The position numbers and the translations under genes are program-made. Of a stretch of 64,000 nt of DNA, positions 26,456-41,769 are shown one piece after another (position 1 is the stretch's first letter; each line of letters starts with the position of its first letter). The stretch comes from Eledone cirrhosa (lineage: Eukaryota), in contig OZ024745.1 of the NCBI GenBank assembly GCA_964016885.1, positions 18,166,001 to 18,230,000 of the forward strand, written 5' to 3'. Below the pieces are notes generated by a model, which saw nothing but the letters and a program-made list of their open reading frames with translations, searched no databases and was not told the origin of the DNA.

Positions 26456-29400
26456 AATTTTTCCTTCCAGCAGAAATGAAAATATTCGTCTTTGATAAAT
26501 ATATTAACGCAAGTGTTTTTTAGCAATTTGTTTTTATTTCAGTTCATTGGTAATTTTCTTTTTCTCTTTATTTATCACCGATTTTATTTTCATGACTTCT
26601 ATTTGTTTAATTAGATTGAAACTAACTGCATTAAGAAATATAGAAAGACAAAATTAAAAGAAAGAAATGTGATAGAAATGGCCACAATTTACGATTCCAT
26701 CAGGCGATTAATTGTAAGAATGTTTCTAAAATTAGTTGATGCCATCCGTTTATTAGTATTTCTATGTTACACTATTCAACAACACCAGATAAGAACACGA
26801 TGTTATGAACATTTTATATCTTTCTTTATTTATTCATGCAAAAACATTCTACTTTAATTTATTTTTCTTATTTTTTCTATTATATTTATTTTACGATGTC
26901 GCCACTACTGCTAATTGTGGTGATGCTGGCGTTCATGGTGTTTCTTCTGAAGGGGATAGAAAAATACGTTTATAATTATCTCTTAATTTCTTTTTTATTG
27001 TCCAATCAGTTGTATTTTGTTATTGTAAGCGAAGTAATAAGTTTTAGTGACAATGATGTATTTTTTTTTCTTCGGGTTGTATTTTTGTTGTTATCTGTTT
27101 GGCGATTGGTGGTGTTGGGATTATGATGTTCTTCACAACAAGATAATTATAAAGAATAACGCAGTTTCTTCAGATAGACACAATAGCACATGTTTGTAAA
27201 ACAAAGTAATCATCTATTGATTTGGCTTCTATGCTGAGTACTATATTATTCTCTATCGATTTTTCGAGAATAATCCCACTTATTTCTTCAAATATATGTA
27301 TGGTGCTTGTTTAAAATAGTGAAAATTTATTATTTCAGAACTACTAAAAATGTGTTAGTTGTAATTAACTGTCACACGATATATTCTACAGCAATGCAGA
27401 ACGGTGTTCTAACTCCAAACGCCTGTGCTTACCTCGGTTTCATTCGATGAAAGCAATAGTGATCAGGACTTATCACTAGATTAGAGGTTAATCTATCGCA
27501 AGTGTAACCAACAGCCGCTACTGGTGGATCTCCTCTTTTCTGACTAGTGTACTCGAATAGCTTGCAATAAATTGTCTTACTAAAGGGCAAAACGTCCCAC
27601 TCGTTACGGGAATCGAAATATAGTGCACTAAAATTAATAAGCCACAAATGTAATGCCAACAATAAACATAAAAGCCACCCAAGTCCTAATCTACCTATCT
27701 TATATTATATTAAATTATATTACAAAAGAATGTTTTAGAGATGTGATATACGTACAACGCTACCACAGCTACATGACATGGGTACTATAAAGTATGAATA
27801 TACACATTACTATGAGACTGCAGCGTATCGATGCGTTATCGTATGTCTAATCTCATTAGCTATACTTCTAGACACACCGATATGCCAAATGCTAAATTGT
27901 CATTTAACTAGATGTCACTGTCTTTAATTTCACTAAATCCTGAGATAATTGAATAATAAAACTTCCAATTGGACGACATCTTGTCCCTAAACACACATCC
28001 ATGACTGACTCTGATACACCAAACCGACTAAATAGTCAGAACCGTCACAATTATTCCGACTTCTTCAGGTAGTAAATTCCTTCTATCTTCGGTGGCATAT
28101 TTGAGAATGCTAAGTGGGTAACCGAAATAATCCTCGTATATATATCCTTCACGTCCTCATACAATCAAAATGCATCTCAAAATGCTTATAGGATATACCA
28201 ACGTTTATGAAGAAACGCTACAGGCGAAGCTATAGTTTAAAACATCTTGGCAAATAACTTTAGAGAGTCCATCAAAAGCAGAAATAGCAAACTGTATATA
28301 AGATATGCTGGTTTTAAATTGAATCATTTCTAGTAAAATAATTAAGGCAGAAATGTTAGTGGATTAAATAAAGTATAATGTTTGTATTGGTTGAAAAACA
28401 CAATATTAAAAGATTAAACTAGGGGTTTATTGACTACAGCGCTGCATGAACGCATTCCTCACTAGGAATTACGAAAATCTGGTAACAAGATAGAATACAA
28501 TAATTAAGTTGAGAATGTACAGGCAATGAACAAGACAGTAATTAATCAGATTGTTCCGAGGTGTCCAACTCCATGCATGGTGAAGTGGCTTTCAGTAAAG
28601 TTACACCTACGGAAACGATGTAGTATAACCCAGAAACTCTTGCCGGGAAATACAAAGTGGCCATATTCAGTGATATGTCAACACGCATAGGCAAGGATAG
28701 ACCTAACCACGTATTGCTATCATGGAGCAACAGGTAATGCCTTATCTTACGTCCTGTTTTTATCGTTTATTGCAAGTTTGACAATCTACAAAGGTTAGAT
28801 GTTTGTATGAGGTGATGGTGAGCAGCCAATGAGGAAGGGCCACCTTATTTTAGTTTATTATAGTTCTGCTTCACTAACTTTCCACGATGCATGTTGTTTT
28901 GGTAAATATTCGTCACTAATTTTTTTGTTCGAACATCATTGCTTCCTTTTGCTAGTAACCCTTACAATAATTCTGCGTACACATTCCTGCTATAGCAATA
29001 TACTTATGGGATTTCTATTATATTTGGTATAGAGTTGCGTTCTCAATGCTATAGAAATACGCTAATAACATTACTGTGATATTTCTATTCATATTCCTGA
29101 ATTATGTATTGGTATTCTCAGATAGTTTTTGTTTTGCACTTATTCTGATTCTTTAAATTCAAGATTTTATTTAAGCATATAATGTTCGTATGTTTTTAAT
29201 AATCCATCCCTTTCATACAAACATCGCTACTGGAACATGTTGAAATAAGGTTTCCAGCTGGTTGTAATTTTTCCACAAACATTTCGAGCTAATGAAATAT
29301 AAAAGATGATATATTACAATGCCATCACATATATATGCACAACTAATTCATTTTAGTATACTAATCAGAGTAAATTTCATGTAGTGTGTTTATTTGTATT

Positions 29401-32400
29401 CCTCTATAAGTATACGTATTCTTCATCTTGCCATAGTTTGTTTCTTACGCCTTAATATACCTGGCGATAATAGTTTTGGCTGTAGTTCTCCCGAATACAC
29501 GTCTATCATTAACCAAGGATATCTAATCGTCTATCTATACAATATTCACTGACATTAAAAAAAAAGAACATTTGTGGTTTATGTTTTGACTGGCAGGAAA
29601 TAGCAGCCAAATGCTCCTTAAATTGTGTATTGCCATTTCAATAAGAAACGAAAAAAATAATGGAGACATAGTTTCATCCATGTATGCTCAATTATAGCTG
29701 AATGGGGGTTAAACAAATGCAAAAACAACAAGATTCTGATTTTTTTCTCCTTTTATTTCTGCTGTCTTCAATTATAGTTATTTTATCAACAGTCTGTTCT
29801 AACACCGAGGCATGGCACATCAGTAAATGTATTGAAAAGCTGCTGACAAAACAATTTTCTTCTTCCTATCTGAAGCGAGATATTTATTGTGATAATTTAA
29901 GATGTGCTTCAACGACAGCTGATAAGTTTGAAGATTTGTTATTGTCTGATTTAGATATTGCAGTTCTTCCTTTAGTCAACAAACCCATTATTTTCGCCTG
30001 TTTATCATTACTTAAACTTAAAACATTTGCAAATACTTGATGGGCACTCTTTAAATATCTTAGCTGGAGGTTTATAGTGTATTCAGAGCAATGTGATAGT
30101 TGACTAAACTGAATTAATAAGTACTCATATAGTTTTTCATGAGTGGAAGGTCAATACACATGAACATATACTCTATTTATTACCGTCCTCTCTTTTTAAA
30201 CGCAATTTATTTTAGATGACATTATCCAATGTATTATTTTCTTTTTAAGTATGATACAGGGAGCCTCCTGTGAGATGTTGTGGTAATTCCAAGCAGGCCT
30301 GTCTACCACGTACATACCTTGTATTCATTGGATTGTTCTATTGCTATATATTTCAACATTTCTAACTTCATATATTTTATATATTTTTATTGATTTAGTC
30401 TAAAACTTCATTTGTCTAGCAAAACCAGTAAGATACACACCGTCGATATTCGTCTCCAATAATTACAATGTGATGTCTGTAGTAAAAGTATGGGGGAGCA
30501 CTATCTAAATCTGCTATTAAAGAAATAAATGAAAGGCGTATTAGTTAGTAGGCACCCTGTGAGGAATTGATAACATTTACGCAAAACATATGTTGGATGA
30601 ATGTGTGAAGATGATAGAAGGCCAACCAGATCTGAGAAACATAAGTCACCCTAAATGTGGTATGAACATGAATGATGTAAGACGATTTATGGGGCTGAAT
30701 TGTGTTAGTGGCCGATTTCCTGGCAATCAATAGGTAGAGGTTTGTTTGATATACACTCTAAGACATCAGTATATTATGAAGTAGCATCATCGAATATATG
30801 GGAAAATATTCCATATTGTATCTCAGTTGATATCTAGATGAAGTTAATAGTTGTTGGTCAGCTGAAGTATTTTCTGGGCTTAAAAAGACATGTCAGTCTT
30901 CTATTTATTTTATACATTACATGCGTTCTAAAATGCGTTATAAAATTCGAAAAAAGAACATGGAAAGCCTTTTAAAAATCTGAACTTTTATTTTTGTCAG
31001 AGCTAGAATCTCCTGCTCGATGTAACTTGAAATTGTTTATATGTTAAAAGGAATTATCATTTCTGTGTCTGATTTCTTTGTTGTCCAATTGTGTATCATG
31101 TGCTGTTACTTTAGGCATATTCTTGCATTCATTATATTTTTCATTCATAGATCATCTCTTCAAATAAGATAAACAGTTTAATAAATAAATAAAAAGTTTC
31201 ATTTATTACGTATATATCCATATGTTCTTTCCCTCTCAGATCCAGTTAGATATGTCGTTTCCAATTGTTAGCTAAGTTTTGGCATTACAGTTTAGTCTCA
31301 TCATTTTGAATGGATTTGAGCATATCAGCTTATTTCAATATCACTTTCACCAGATCAATAACATATTCTGATATTAGACATATGCTCTTGATGTGTTTTG
31401 TGATAATTTCTCTTTCTAGTCCCTCTAAATATATTTATATAATTGATTGTTTATTATGTTAAAAAAAAAATTATATAATTTATATTGGGAGGGATTTTTA
31501 AAAATAGCGGGTTTGTGATAAACTAGCTTTGAAAACAGAACACATGAATAGCATATGAAAACATAAAATAACGATCGAATTCCAGTTTGATATGATCAAA
31601 AATATTTACTCTAGCAATAAACTGAATAATGTGGTCGGTTAAATGTTAGGTGTATTATAAGGACTGCGTTACTCCATTTCACTACCGTATGTGTGGGCCG
31701 TGATGTAAGCCAAGTACATCGACTGTGCCAGCAAAGAATATTGTTTCATGGGAGAGTAGATTTAGTTATCATTCTTCTATTTCTGTGATTGACAGATTTA
31801 CGAAACGTCTTTGTTAGAAACTTATGTTTGTAGGTAATGTAAGACATCTTCCCATGGTGATTTCCAATATGGTCACTGAACTGCATAATGTTAATTATCT
31901 CATCGTTGCACACAGGTTGTTATTCTGGAAAAAGTGGATATGCAAGACCTTCCTGGCCAAAGAGTCCAAGCTGGTTATCGTTCTTCTTGAAAAGCTGTAT
32001 ATCAACGTTTATAGGAAAGAAATACGATGTTAACAGGGTGGAATCACAAAAGATATATCAAAGATTTATGATTCTAGTGAAATATGACTAGACCTAATAA
32101 ATAATGAAATATATGTTAAGTGAACAATGTGCGTGGGTTGCAGAGGAGAAACAAAGTAACGAGTGAATGGGCGAATGTAGTGATGTCATATATACCATCT
32201 CGGTAGCACAGACATTAGAAAGATTTCCGGGAATGAGAGCAGTGAGAGCTCGAGAGTGGTTTTCTTCTAGTTATTTCAGAGGTATTTGGATACGTGCAGG
32301 AGTTAGACATGTTAAGATGCTCTATCGTCCCAGATGTTTGGACAGGCCTCCATTCTGTGGTAAGTATGTATGTGAGTGTAACCGCGGCTCCGACTCAACT

Positions 32401-34938
32401 GTAGAAATGTACCTCCTTGTGTGTATATTTGGAGCTCTACTGAGATTTAGTAGTTTGGGTAGCTTACATTATCGACTAGTTTCCTGGTAAAGAAACTCAA
32501 TCCGGTTGTCCCCAGTATGAAAACTGGACAGCAGAGACTGACGACTGCGCCATCTAACACAATCATCTACCCGATCCTCGGAGGTTTAGACACTATGTTA
32601 CTTGTGATGTATAGGATAGCTACACATTTCTGCTGAGAGAATATATTGGTTTCTTTAATTTCTTATAACTTGTTATAATTGATAATAAAGAAAATTTCAG
32701 ATTTAAAATTTTAATCCCATTTCACATAGATTAGTAAAAATAGGGGTTATTGGTTTAAGTCTGAAATTACAGCACACATTAGGATTGAGACTTTTCATTT
32801 AGGAAGATTGCTTTGATATATAGTTACAGAAATTCCATTTAGCTAAATAGTGATACATTATATGAGCTACATTAGAGTAACCTCTCGGTCAACTGACATG
32901 ATATCTGAACAGATTTTACCTTTCTTTTACTTCTCTTTCCTTTTCTCTATGAATATTAGATTTCGTCTGGCAACCATATTTATATAATCAATGATAGGTC
33001 AATATATGTACGTGTTCAAATCGGTTACATCTAGACTATAAACTAATTACGCAAGTTTAAAAGTCATTGTCTCCAACTGACCAGTTCGTGACCTATTGAC
33101 AAATTATCACTTAACCATACTGAAGCAATCAAAATTAACAAGAAAAACTGAAACATATCACTGACATGAAAGAAAGTTTCTATATATCTGAAGAGTGATA
33201 GTACGTTTTTAATAACCTAATGTTAATAGTTGTACAAATAATAATGTAAGCTTGTGAGAGTATTTGAGAGAAGTGGAGCACAAGATTAATGAATAACGCA
33301 GTGAAATTAATGCAGTAACTATGTTTAAATTGTACAAAGAATTAAATCCAAACTAGAGTGAGTGATATACTGCGGTACATATTCGATTGATTTTAAACAT
33401 TCAGCCCTTATAGGAAGTCAATTATCACTAGTATATGAAATAGTAAAATGGGTGTACAGACTCACCAGAAATACTGATCAAACTACAGTAAATTCTATGG
33501 TATAATACTGACTATAGCCTTTCATTCTCGAGATATCATGAAACTGCGCCAGTATTATAGAACAGGAATTTGTTGATGCAGTATAGCCAAATGTTTAAAA
33601 TTTCAATTCACAATTATAAAATCCTGGTTTTGGACATATACCGTGGCAACGTGGACCAATTTGTAAGTGACGTTGGGTTAATAGAGACCTATGTGATGGA
33701 TAGCAGTGCTCTATAGAATGCTCGCTCAACACATTGAGTGACTAGGGTCGTCCATTGACAGAAAACCTGGAACGTTCATTAGCGAAACTGATGGAAGTAC
33801 AGTAATTATGTACATGAAAAAACTGATATATGGTTTAAGTAAATTTATACACTTTCAGCTAAGTCATTAGAACTAATGAAATAACAATGCATGTTCATCC
33901 AAAATGTTCTGCAAATATTCTTTGAAATATGTCAGAGAAAGTATGACAACATCTTATAAACGCAATGACAATGATTATCACAGGCATCTGATATTTCAAG
34001 AAAAGAACTGCCAAACACTGACACATTCCTTTAAGAACACATGCCTATAAACCACCAAATACTGTCGATAAATTCACTTTAACCATTTTTCTATTGAATC
34101 AGATAAAGTGGCTCTTAATGTACCAGCAATGCATTTTAGTAGAATAAGTAAACATAACGATCTGCAGCCGGAGCTTATGTATTTATTCTATATAAACCAT
34201 TATGCCTCTAACCACACAGCTGTTCAGCACACCAGAAATCTTTTCGTTGTGGTTGATAGAGAATGAAATAACGAACAAATTGTCAATTATTATATACGAT
34301 ATAAAAGAAATACAAACAATCAAAGTATATTATGTTACAGGATATATTGATGGCGTAATAGCAAATATCGGGTTGAGCATCGCCATCTTAACTATCAACA
34401 GATATGGAAATCATGCCAATTTATATGTATAACTGTTTCGGCGCTGACAGGGCCGCCTTCCTCATACGTAATTATTTCAACCACACACACGATATGCTTC
34501 ATTGAGCAAAATGAACAACACATTAATGAATATTGGTTCCAATTTCCGATATTCACCATAGTTTGTATTGGCATTAAATATTCCATTGATAAGATAATGG
34601 CAAATTGTGAAATGTAATTTATTCGTGTCTTCGTCAAAAATACATTCTCATGTTTAACAGCGTCTAAGCAATTTTCTGTAATCAATAGGGAATGATGTGG
34701 AATCGGAATGAAACGAGGATGACATGTTCACTAAAGAATTAGCCCTGCACTGTTGGGTGAGATAATAGAGTCAAAAGTAGTATCATTGGGAAACATGGTG
34801 CTATCGATCAAAGTAAATGGAGGATTTAAGAAGAAATTGATAGTTTACAATGACAAATAAAATCGGTCAATGAGAGGGATATGGAGTGATTTTAGGGGTG
34901 CAGAAATGGCATGTATATATGTATCCACACAGACACAC

Positions 34939-35428
<490 letters not shown>

Positions 35429-35440
35429 ATATATATATAT

Positions 35441-35893
35441 AGAAAAGATGAATATAAAATGAAAGTACTTTTATAAAGGAATTTATTAGGTATTGACATA
35501 TGTTTCTGTAACAGACGGAATACCTATGTATCGCTGCTTGCGTAATCATATAATGTTAGCAAGTATTCGATAGCAAATGTATAATCAGTTGTCACTTCTT
35601 CAGAGATATTTATCCAATATCTCTGAAGAAGTGACAACTGATTATAGATTTGCTATCGAATACTTGCTAACATTATATGATTACGCAAGCAGCGATACAT
35701 AGGTATTCCGTCTGTTACAGAAACATATGTCAATACCTAATAAATTCTTTTATAAAAGCACTTTCATTTTATATTCATCTTTTCTACATTTTCTCCGGAA
35801 TATAATTTATACTCGTTGAGCAAACCTACACGTACGCTGTTCATCTCTAACGTGACAATATATTATCACTACATTATTGATAACTTGAATTTG

Positions 35894-35897
<4 letters not shown>
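35441..35897 (+). mobile_element. Near-perfect palindrome (about 170-bp arms) plus tail, with long-stem-II hammerhead
   Basis: 35441-35610 is the inverse of 35616-35785; CTGAAGA (35623)-a gtgaca...tgttac a-GAAAC-atat-GTC (35731). Confidence 0.75.
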
Positions 35898-35944
<47 letters not shown>

Positions 35945-36300
35945 TGTAATCTAAGTTTTTCGAATATTAATAATAACATTCGATTCGTTTGCAATTATGC
36001 AGACATGCATCAATTTTATAGCTATGTCAGTATAATGAACCCTTCATTCTTGCTCTTGTGTTGGCATCTGAACAGAACTGCAGATACTAATGTTTCTGGG
36101 TATCACCCTTCATCAGTACAGCTAAAATTTCACCTGCCAAACTGTTAGAGCTAGAGAAAATATATGCTATTTTCTAAAAGACACAGTGACTGATCGGCCT
36201 GATTTGCATATTAGCAGATCCACTGATCAGCCAAATTTGCATATCAGCAGACTGGCAAGTCAGATTACATTTATTGTATTCAGCCATGTAGAGCGAAAAT

Positions 36301-36357
<57 letters not shown>

Positions 36358-37014
36358 TGGCTGCCAACTCGTTTTCGAGTACGGCCACTACTTTATATCC
36401 ATGTAGGAGAACACCTACCGATGCACTGAACGAGTGTGGCTTTTTAGTCCAGCCAGCGACATGAAAACTCTGGTACAAACACGACACTCGCGACAATTAT
36501 TGCACCTAGTGCTGGGCCCATAATACCATGTGACCCAAGGTGTCATGTGAGATCACTACTCGATCTGCATACCATTCCACAAACATTACATGTCGTCGTC
36601 TGATGAAATATATATATATATACGTATAAAAAAAAAAGACAACGCTGTGGTTTGTCTTTTTTCTATCACCATACTGTCATCTTCTTTCTCTCTCCCCCTT
36701 CTCTCTCTTTGTACTTCTTGCTTTCATTCATCCCTCTGCTGGTCACACACTCTCTCGGCTGGCCTCTTCCTCACACTTTCATTCACTCACTCTCTGCTAC
36801 TCCCCCTCTCTCACTTCTTCCAGTCTGACCTGTGTGAAATCCTTTTCTCGCTCACATATCGCATGGTTCGGACGTGTCTGCCTCTTCTCGTCGATTGATT
36901 TTTTCGAACTTACGTACACAAGTATCATTGACTTGTCTCTCTTTTCCTCTCTTTACGTTGCATTACTACTATGTTCTTTGTTTACAGTCCCTCTTTCTCC
37001 ATCCAATTCGCTCT

Positions 37015-37117
37015 GTCCCAATAAACTATTTTAGTTATTGCTCGCACTGATTTTGAGATATCTGTTCTTTAATGCGAATAAATACCAATGATAGTCAGCA
37101 GATCAGTGATGATGGAC
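37015..37117 (+). ncRNA. Non-circularly permuted hammerhead, copy 3 (core decayed)
   Basis: Same helices with CUGAUU/AGUCAG replacing CCAACC/GGUUGG; core mutated to UAAA and GUGAUGA. Confidence 0.65.
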
Positions 37118-37625
37118 AGTCCCGTTTCTCGCTCTATTTTCATTCATATATATATATGGTTATAGTGTAGTACTTCACGTTTTTGCCTCGTAAGATGAGA
37201 TACTCGTAATACCCTTTACCGTCATTTGTACATGGATGTGATATTCTAGTCGTGTTGAAACTTTCGTAGAGATGTACAGAAGAATAAATAAATAATAATG
37301 TCTTATCTTTAACTTTCTTTCAATTTTGAATTATGTAAATGTACATATATTTGTGGAGTGTGGCTATGTATTTATGTATATATATATATATGAAGAATTG
37401 GAACCTGTATTTTAATCTTTAAGAAGCATTTATATTACCACAATGGATTTGACAATATTCAAATGAGAGAGTAACAGCTTCTCGTGGTGTTCCGTTATCT
37501 CCCATTATGTTTGAAAATCATGAAATTGAGAAACCGGAATAATTGACGTAAATACATCTTCTTAAAGCCTACAATTGCATTATCCTTTTTTTATATTTCT
37601 ACCCAAGTGAGATGACGTACTTTCC

Positions 37626-37702
<77 letters not shown>

Positions 37703-37739
37703 TTGTATATGTATATATATATATATGTATATATATATA

Positions 37740-37834
<95 letters not shown>

Positions 37835-37922
37835 GCAAAGTTATATTTAAAATTGTTGGGTTACAACTAGTAAATATTTATAACTGATATAAAAGCACTC
37901 GACAAATATTTGGAGTATATTT

Positions 37923-38270
<348 letters not shown>

Positions 38271-38506
38271 AATACAATATCGGAGAAAGCTTTTTAGCGA
38301 TACTTCAGCCAAATTCCAACTCACTCAACAAACATTAGGAAATAAGTGATTATATTCCCAACATATCTAATATATCTCTTCTCAGACGGACGTCTCATTT
38401 CATTATAGGATTCCTACAATTTGGGTGAAATTATACAAATTTATGTAGAAGCTTGTATACCATCAATAGATACATATTCAAGTGGGCTCCTATAATATAT
38501 ATATAT

Positions 38507-38873
38507 ATTAAAATAACAGAATAAACTTTATATGAATGAAAATAGAGCGAGAAACGGGACTGTCCATCATCAGTAGTCTGCTGAATATCATTGGTATTTC
38601 TTCGCATTAAAGACCAGATACCTCAAAATCAGTGCGAGCAATAACTAAAATATGTTTATTGGGACAGAGCGAATAAAGTTTAAGCAAAGAATCGCTGCTT
38701 TCACCCTTAACGGGATCTACCGAAACCCGTTAAGAGTGAAAGCAGCGATTCTTTGCTTAAACTGTATTCTGTCATTTTAATAAATATTTGCTCTACGGTT
38801 CTTATATATCTGATATATATCTGTCCTTATCGAGCCCTCTTTGGATTTTAGTCTTCAAATTTATTATTATTAC
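38507..38873 (+). mobile_element. Family B palindromic element interrupted by a permuted-hammerhead element
   Basis: The left arm is split by an insert at about 38531-38670, flanked by GAATAAACTTTA and GAATAAAGTTTA. Confidence 0.7.
38562..38665 (-). ncRNA. Non-circularly permuted hammerhead, copy 4
   Basis: AGGUAU-C-UGGUCUU...UGCGA-A-GAA-AUACCA...AUUCAG-CAGACUA-CUGAUGA-U-GGAC; AUC site, 10.1-11.1 pair U-A. Confidence 0.75.
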
Positions 38874-39664
38874 CATATATATATATATATTTATGTATAT
38901 ATATATATGTATAATTATATATATAATGTGTATGCATATTTGTGTTATGAGAACGTTTACCAAGTAGAAATATCATGGAACATTTAGAATAAATAAAGCC
39001 TTTTCCTTCTTTAGCGCATTTATTCTCTCTCCTGGCACCGTTCTTTAAGAATAGTTTTATTGTGATAATTTCTTTAATCAGAACCATATGATCACCCCAA
39101 TTTACCACGCGACTAACTCAAATTGTTAATATATATTTGGCGTCGAGAATGTACGTTGATAAACTTTTCATTCCATTGTATACTCATATATATATAATGT
39201 TTTCATGCGTGTATATATGTGTGTGTGTGTATTATAAATCGTGTATATGGCATACATGCTTCTATATCCTAAATACAGAAAAGTTGTAAATCGATTATGT
39301 GAATTATATGTATAAAATGTACTTCAGCAATATATATAAAAATAATTGGTTTGCTGAATTGAAATCAATGATAAGAAGACATAACATCAGTGAAATGTCA
39401 GATCTCTATATCTGCTTCCCATACACTCCTTTCTGCATATCAATGCCATACCATTACTTCTCACAACCATATATTCCCCGATGCAGTTGATACCAACTTT
39501 TACTCCTCCTCAGTGATGTTGATGGAGAGATATATGACGATACAACGCATTCATTCTCAGTTTTCTTGCTTTGATTAATGTCTAATGAATACATTAAATG
39601 TCAGTTTTCAAATTTCAATCGACAGCTTACTTATTTTTTTCCAAGCGTATTTTATTCATATAAT

Positions 39665-39792
39665 TGTTTCTACTTTTGGCACAAGGCCATCAATTATCCC
39701 AGTGTATTACTGAGATTTGAACTCAGACCGTTAAAGGGACGTAACTCTTTGCTGCAAGGCAAGGCGTCCGACCCTCTACTGATACTGCCAAT
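39665..39792 (-). mobile_element. Internally deleted SINE (octopus-type)
   Basis: TTTCTACTTTTGGCACAAGGCC (3' end) and GATTTGAACTCAGA (B box inverse) ...GATACTGCCA (head). Confidence 0.55.
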
Positions 39793-41159
39793 AATATGAT
39801 GTAGTTACGGTTAAATATCTTGCATATCTCATAATAAAGCAAAAGATACTATATGAGTCGCTGAGTATTTTGATTGAGTAGTTAGAAGTTATGAGATGAT
39901 CAGAACAATTGTCTTTTTGAAGGATGTATTAATGTCGGGCGAGATTTTTGCATGTAGCTATGAGCCTCGATCTTGTCTTCCACATCTCTGTGCATTGAGG
40001 AGTAGGAGAGAATTTGCCACTGTATTTTATTATCCTTGTTATCTTAAAATCATATTGATATATTTGTTATTATGTATAGACTTATATGTTGGCTACACAA
40101 GTACAGCATTTACCATCAGTAGTGTCAGCATGAATTTGGTTTGTGGCCATGAAAAAGAAGCCTAAAATATTACAGGAATAATTACAGTGGAGAACGAACC
40201 ATGAGCTCTTGTAACTTTTCTATACGCAATGCAGGCATCAATATCACTGACTCTACTGGAAGCCGATGAACTTCGTTTTTCTATTGCTTCGTCAATAATC
40301 ACATCTCGATATGAAGGCTGTTAGATGTTGAATTTTGTACCTTGTTCCTACATGAAATACTGTAGAAACAAAGTAACGTGTAATATGTTTGCAATGTTCA
40401 GTTGGTTCACAGCTTTCTTCTACCCTATTAACTCCCCTTGAAAAGAAACAATGCAGTTATCAATAAGAAATGTTGACATTAATGCATGCAAGATTTCACA
40501 GCTCGAGCATTAATTCTTCATATTCAGCCTAACTTCGTATCTTGTTGTTTTGTGGTTTTCGATTGATGAAAATGCTACTATGTTTCTAAAAACGAAACTA
40601 CGACGCAAACAGTGAGATCAAGTATGTTAGTCTGTTCAGAGGAATGAGAGGTGTACCGTGGGTTTGTGTTTCCAGGAAACACGAAATTTGACTCGCTCTT
40701 AAAAAAGGAAATACCAACAAACCAGAAATTACACTGAAAAACCCGAGTGCTTGGCGCTAAATATTTGAAGGTATTATACTAGTAAAAAATTTAAATAAAA
40801 AAGAGAGGCACAGGCTACAACTACCGTGTCAAGTAGAAGGACCCTTGTGCCATAACATTTTGAATACATAAACATATACACGTACATGTACACAAAGTAA
40901 CGGATACTATAAAATGGCCTTTACATATTCGTTCTTATTCGCTTTTTCACTGTTTTTTTTTATTCATGGGGCTTTACTAGGATAACGTTCCGTGTTTTTG
41001 CAGGTTTAGACCCTGGGAATCTCTACATACAACAGGCATATTTTAGTTACATGCTACCAAGAACGAACACACACACAATACAAAACACACACAGCATTTA
41101 CAGCTATAATTTAAAACTTAGATTTTACAAATTCCAAACACTATGTTCATATATCTTCT

Positions 41160-41530
41160 TCTTCGCCCACTTATTCAAGAGATGGTCGTGTAAGAAGCAA
41201 CCATTCTAGTGGGTCCTGTAAGAAGCAACCATTTCCAACTGATCCGGTTGGATCCCCAAGCATAACCAGCCAAGCGCATGGATGTTATTCTACCATGTTG
41301 CTCGGGGTCTACCCTGGGTCTTTTACCGGTTATTTTATCCGTATAATCCTGCCCAGCGATTCTTTCCTGAGACATTCTAACCCTATTCCCATAGTATCGG
41401 AGCTGTGATCTCTCAGTTCGGAGAAGTAGCGGTTCTACTTGGAGTAACTCATTGATCTCCTAGCTACGCACATTATCGAGTAACGTTACTCCAAAAACTC
41501 TTAGGGGGAACCCCATTTCGGCCGCTTGCA
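41160..41530 (-). mobile_element. RTE-clade LINE 3' fragment
   Basis: AAEMGFPLRVFGVTLLDNVRS*EINELLQVEPLLLRTERSQLRYYG..RMSQERI..GKRPR. Confidence 0.75.
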
Positions 41531-41580
41531 TTCGCGATCGTATATGTGAACCTTTCTTGTAGGGTAATGACAAAAAGATT

Positions 41581-41619
<39 letters not shown>

Positions 41620-41769
41620 TACGTAATTCCAAAGGAAAAGCAAAGGAAAAAGGAGTGCTCTATGTATAGAACAGAGCTATTTAATTAGAAAGTGAACAAA
41701 GATTTCTGGATCACAGACGTCTATATTATTATCGCCTGTGATCCAGAAACCTTTGGTAATGGAATAGTT

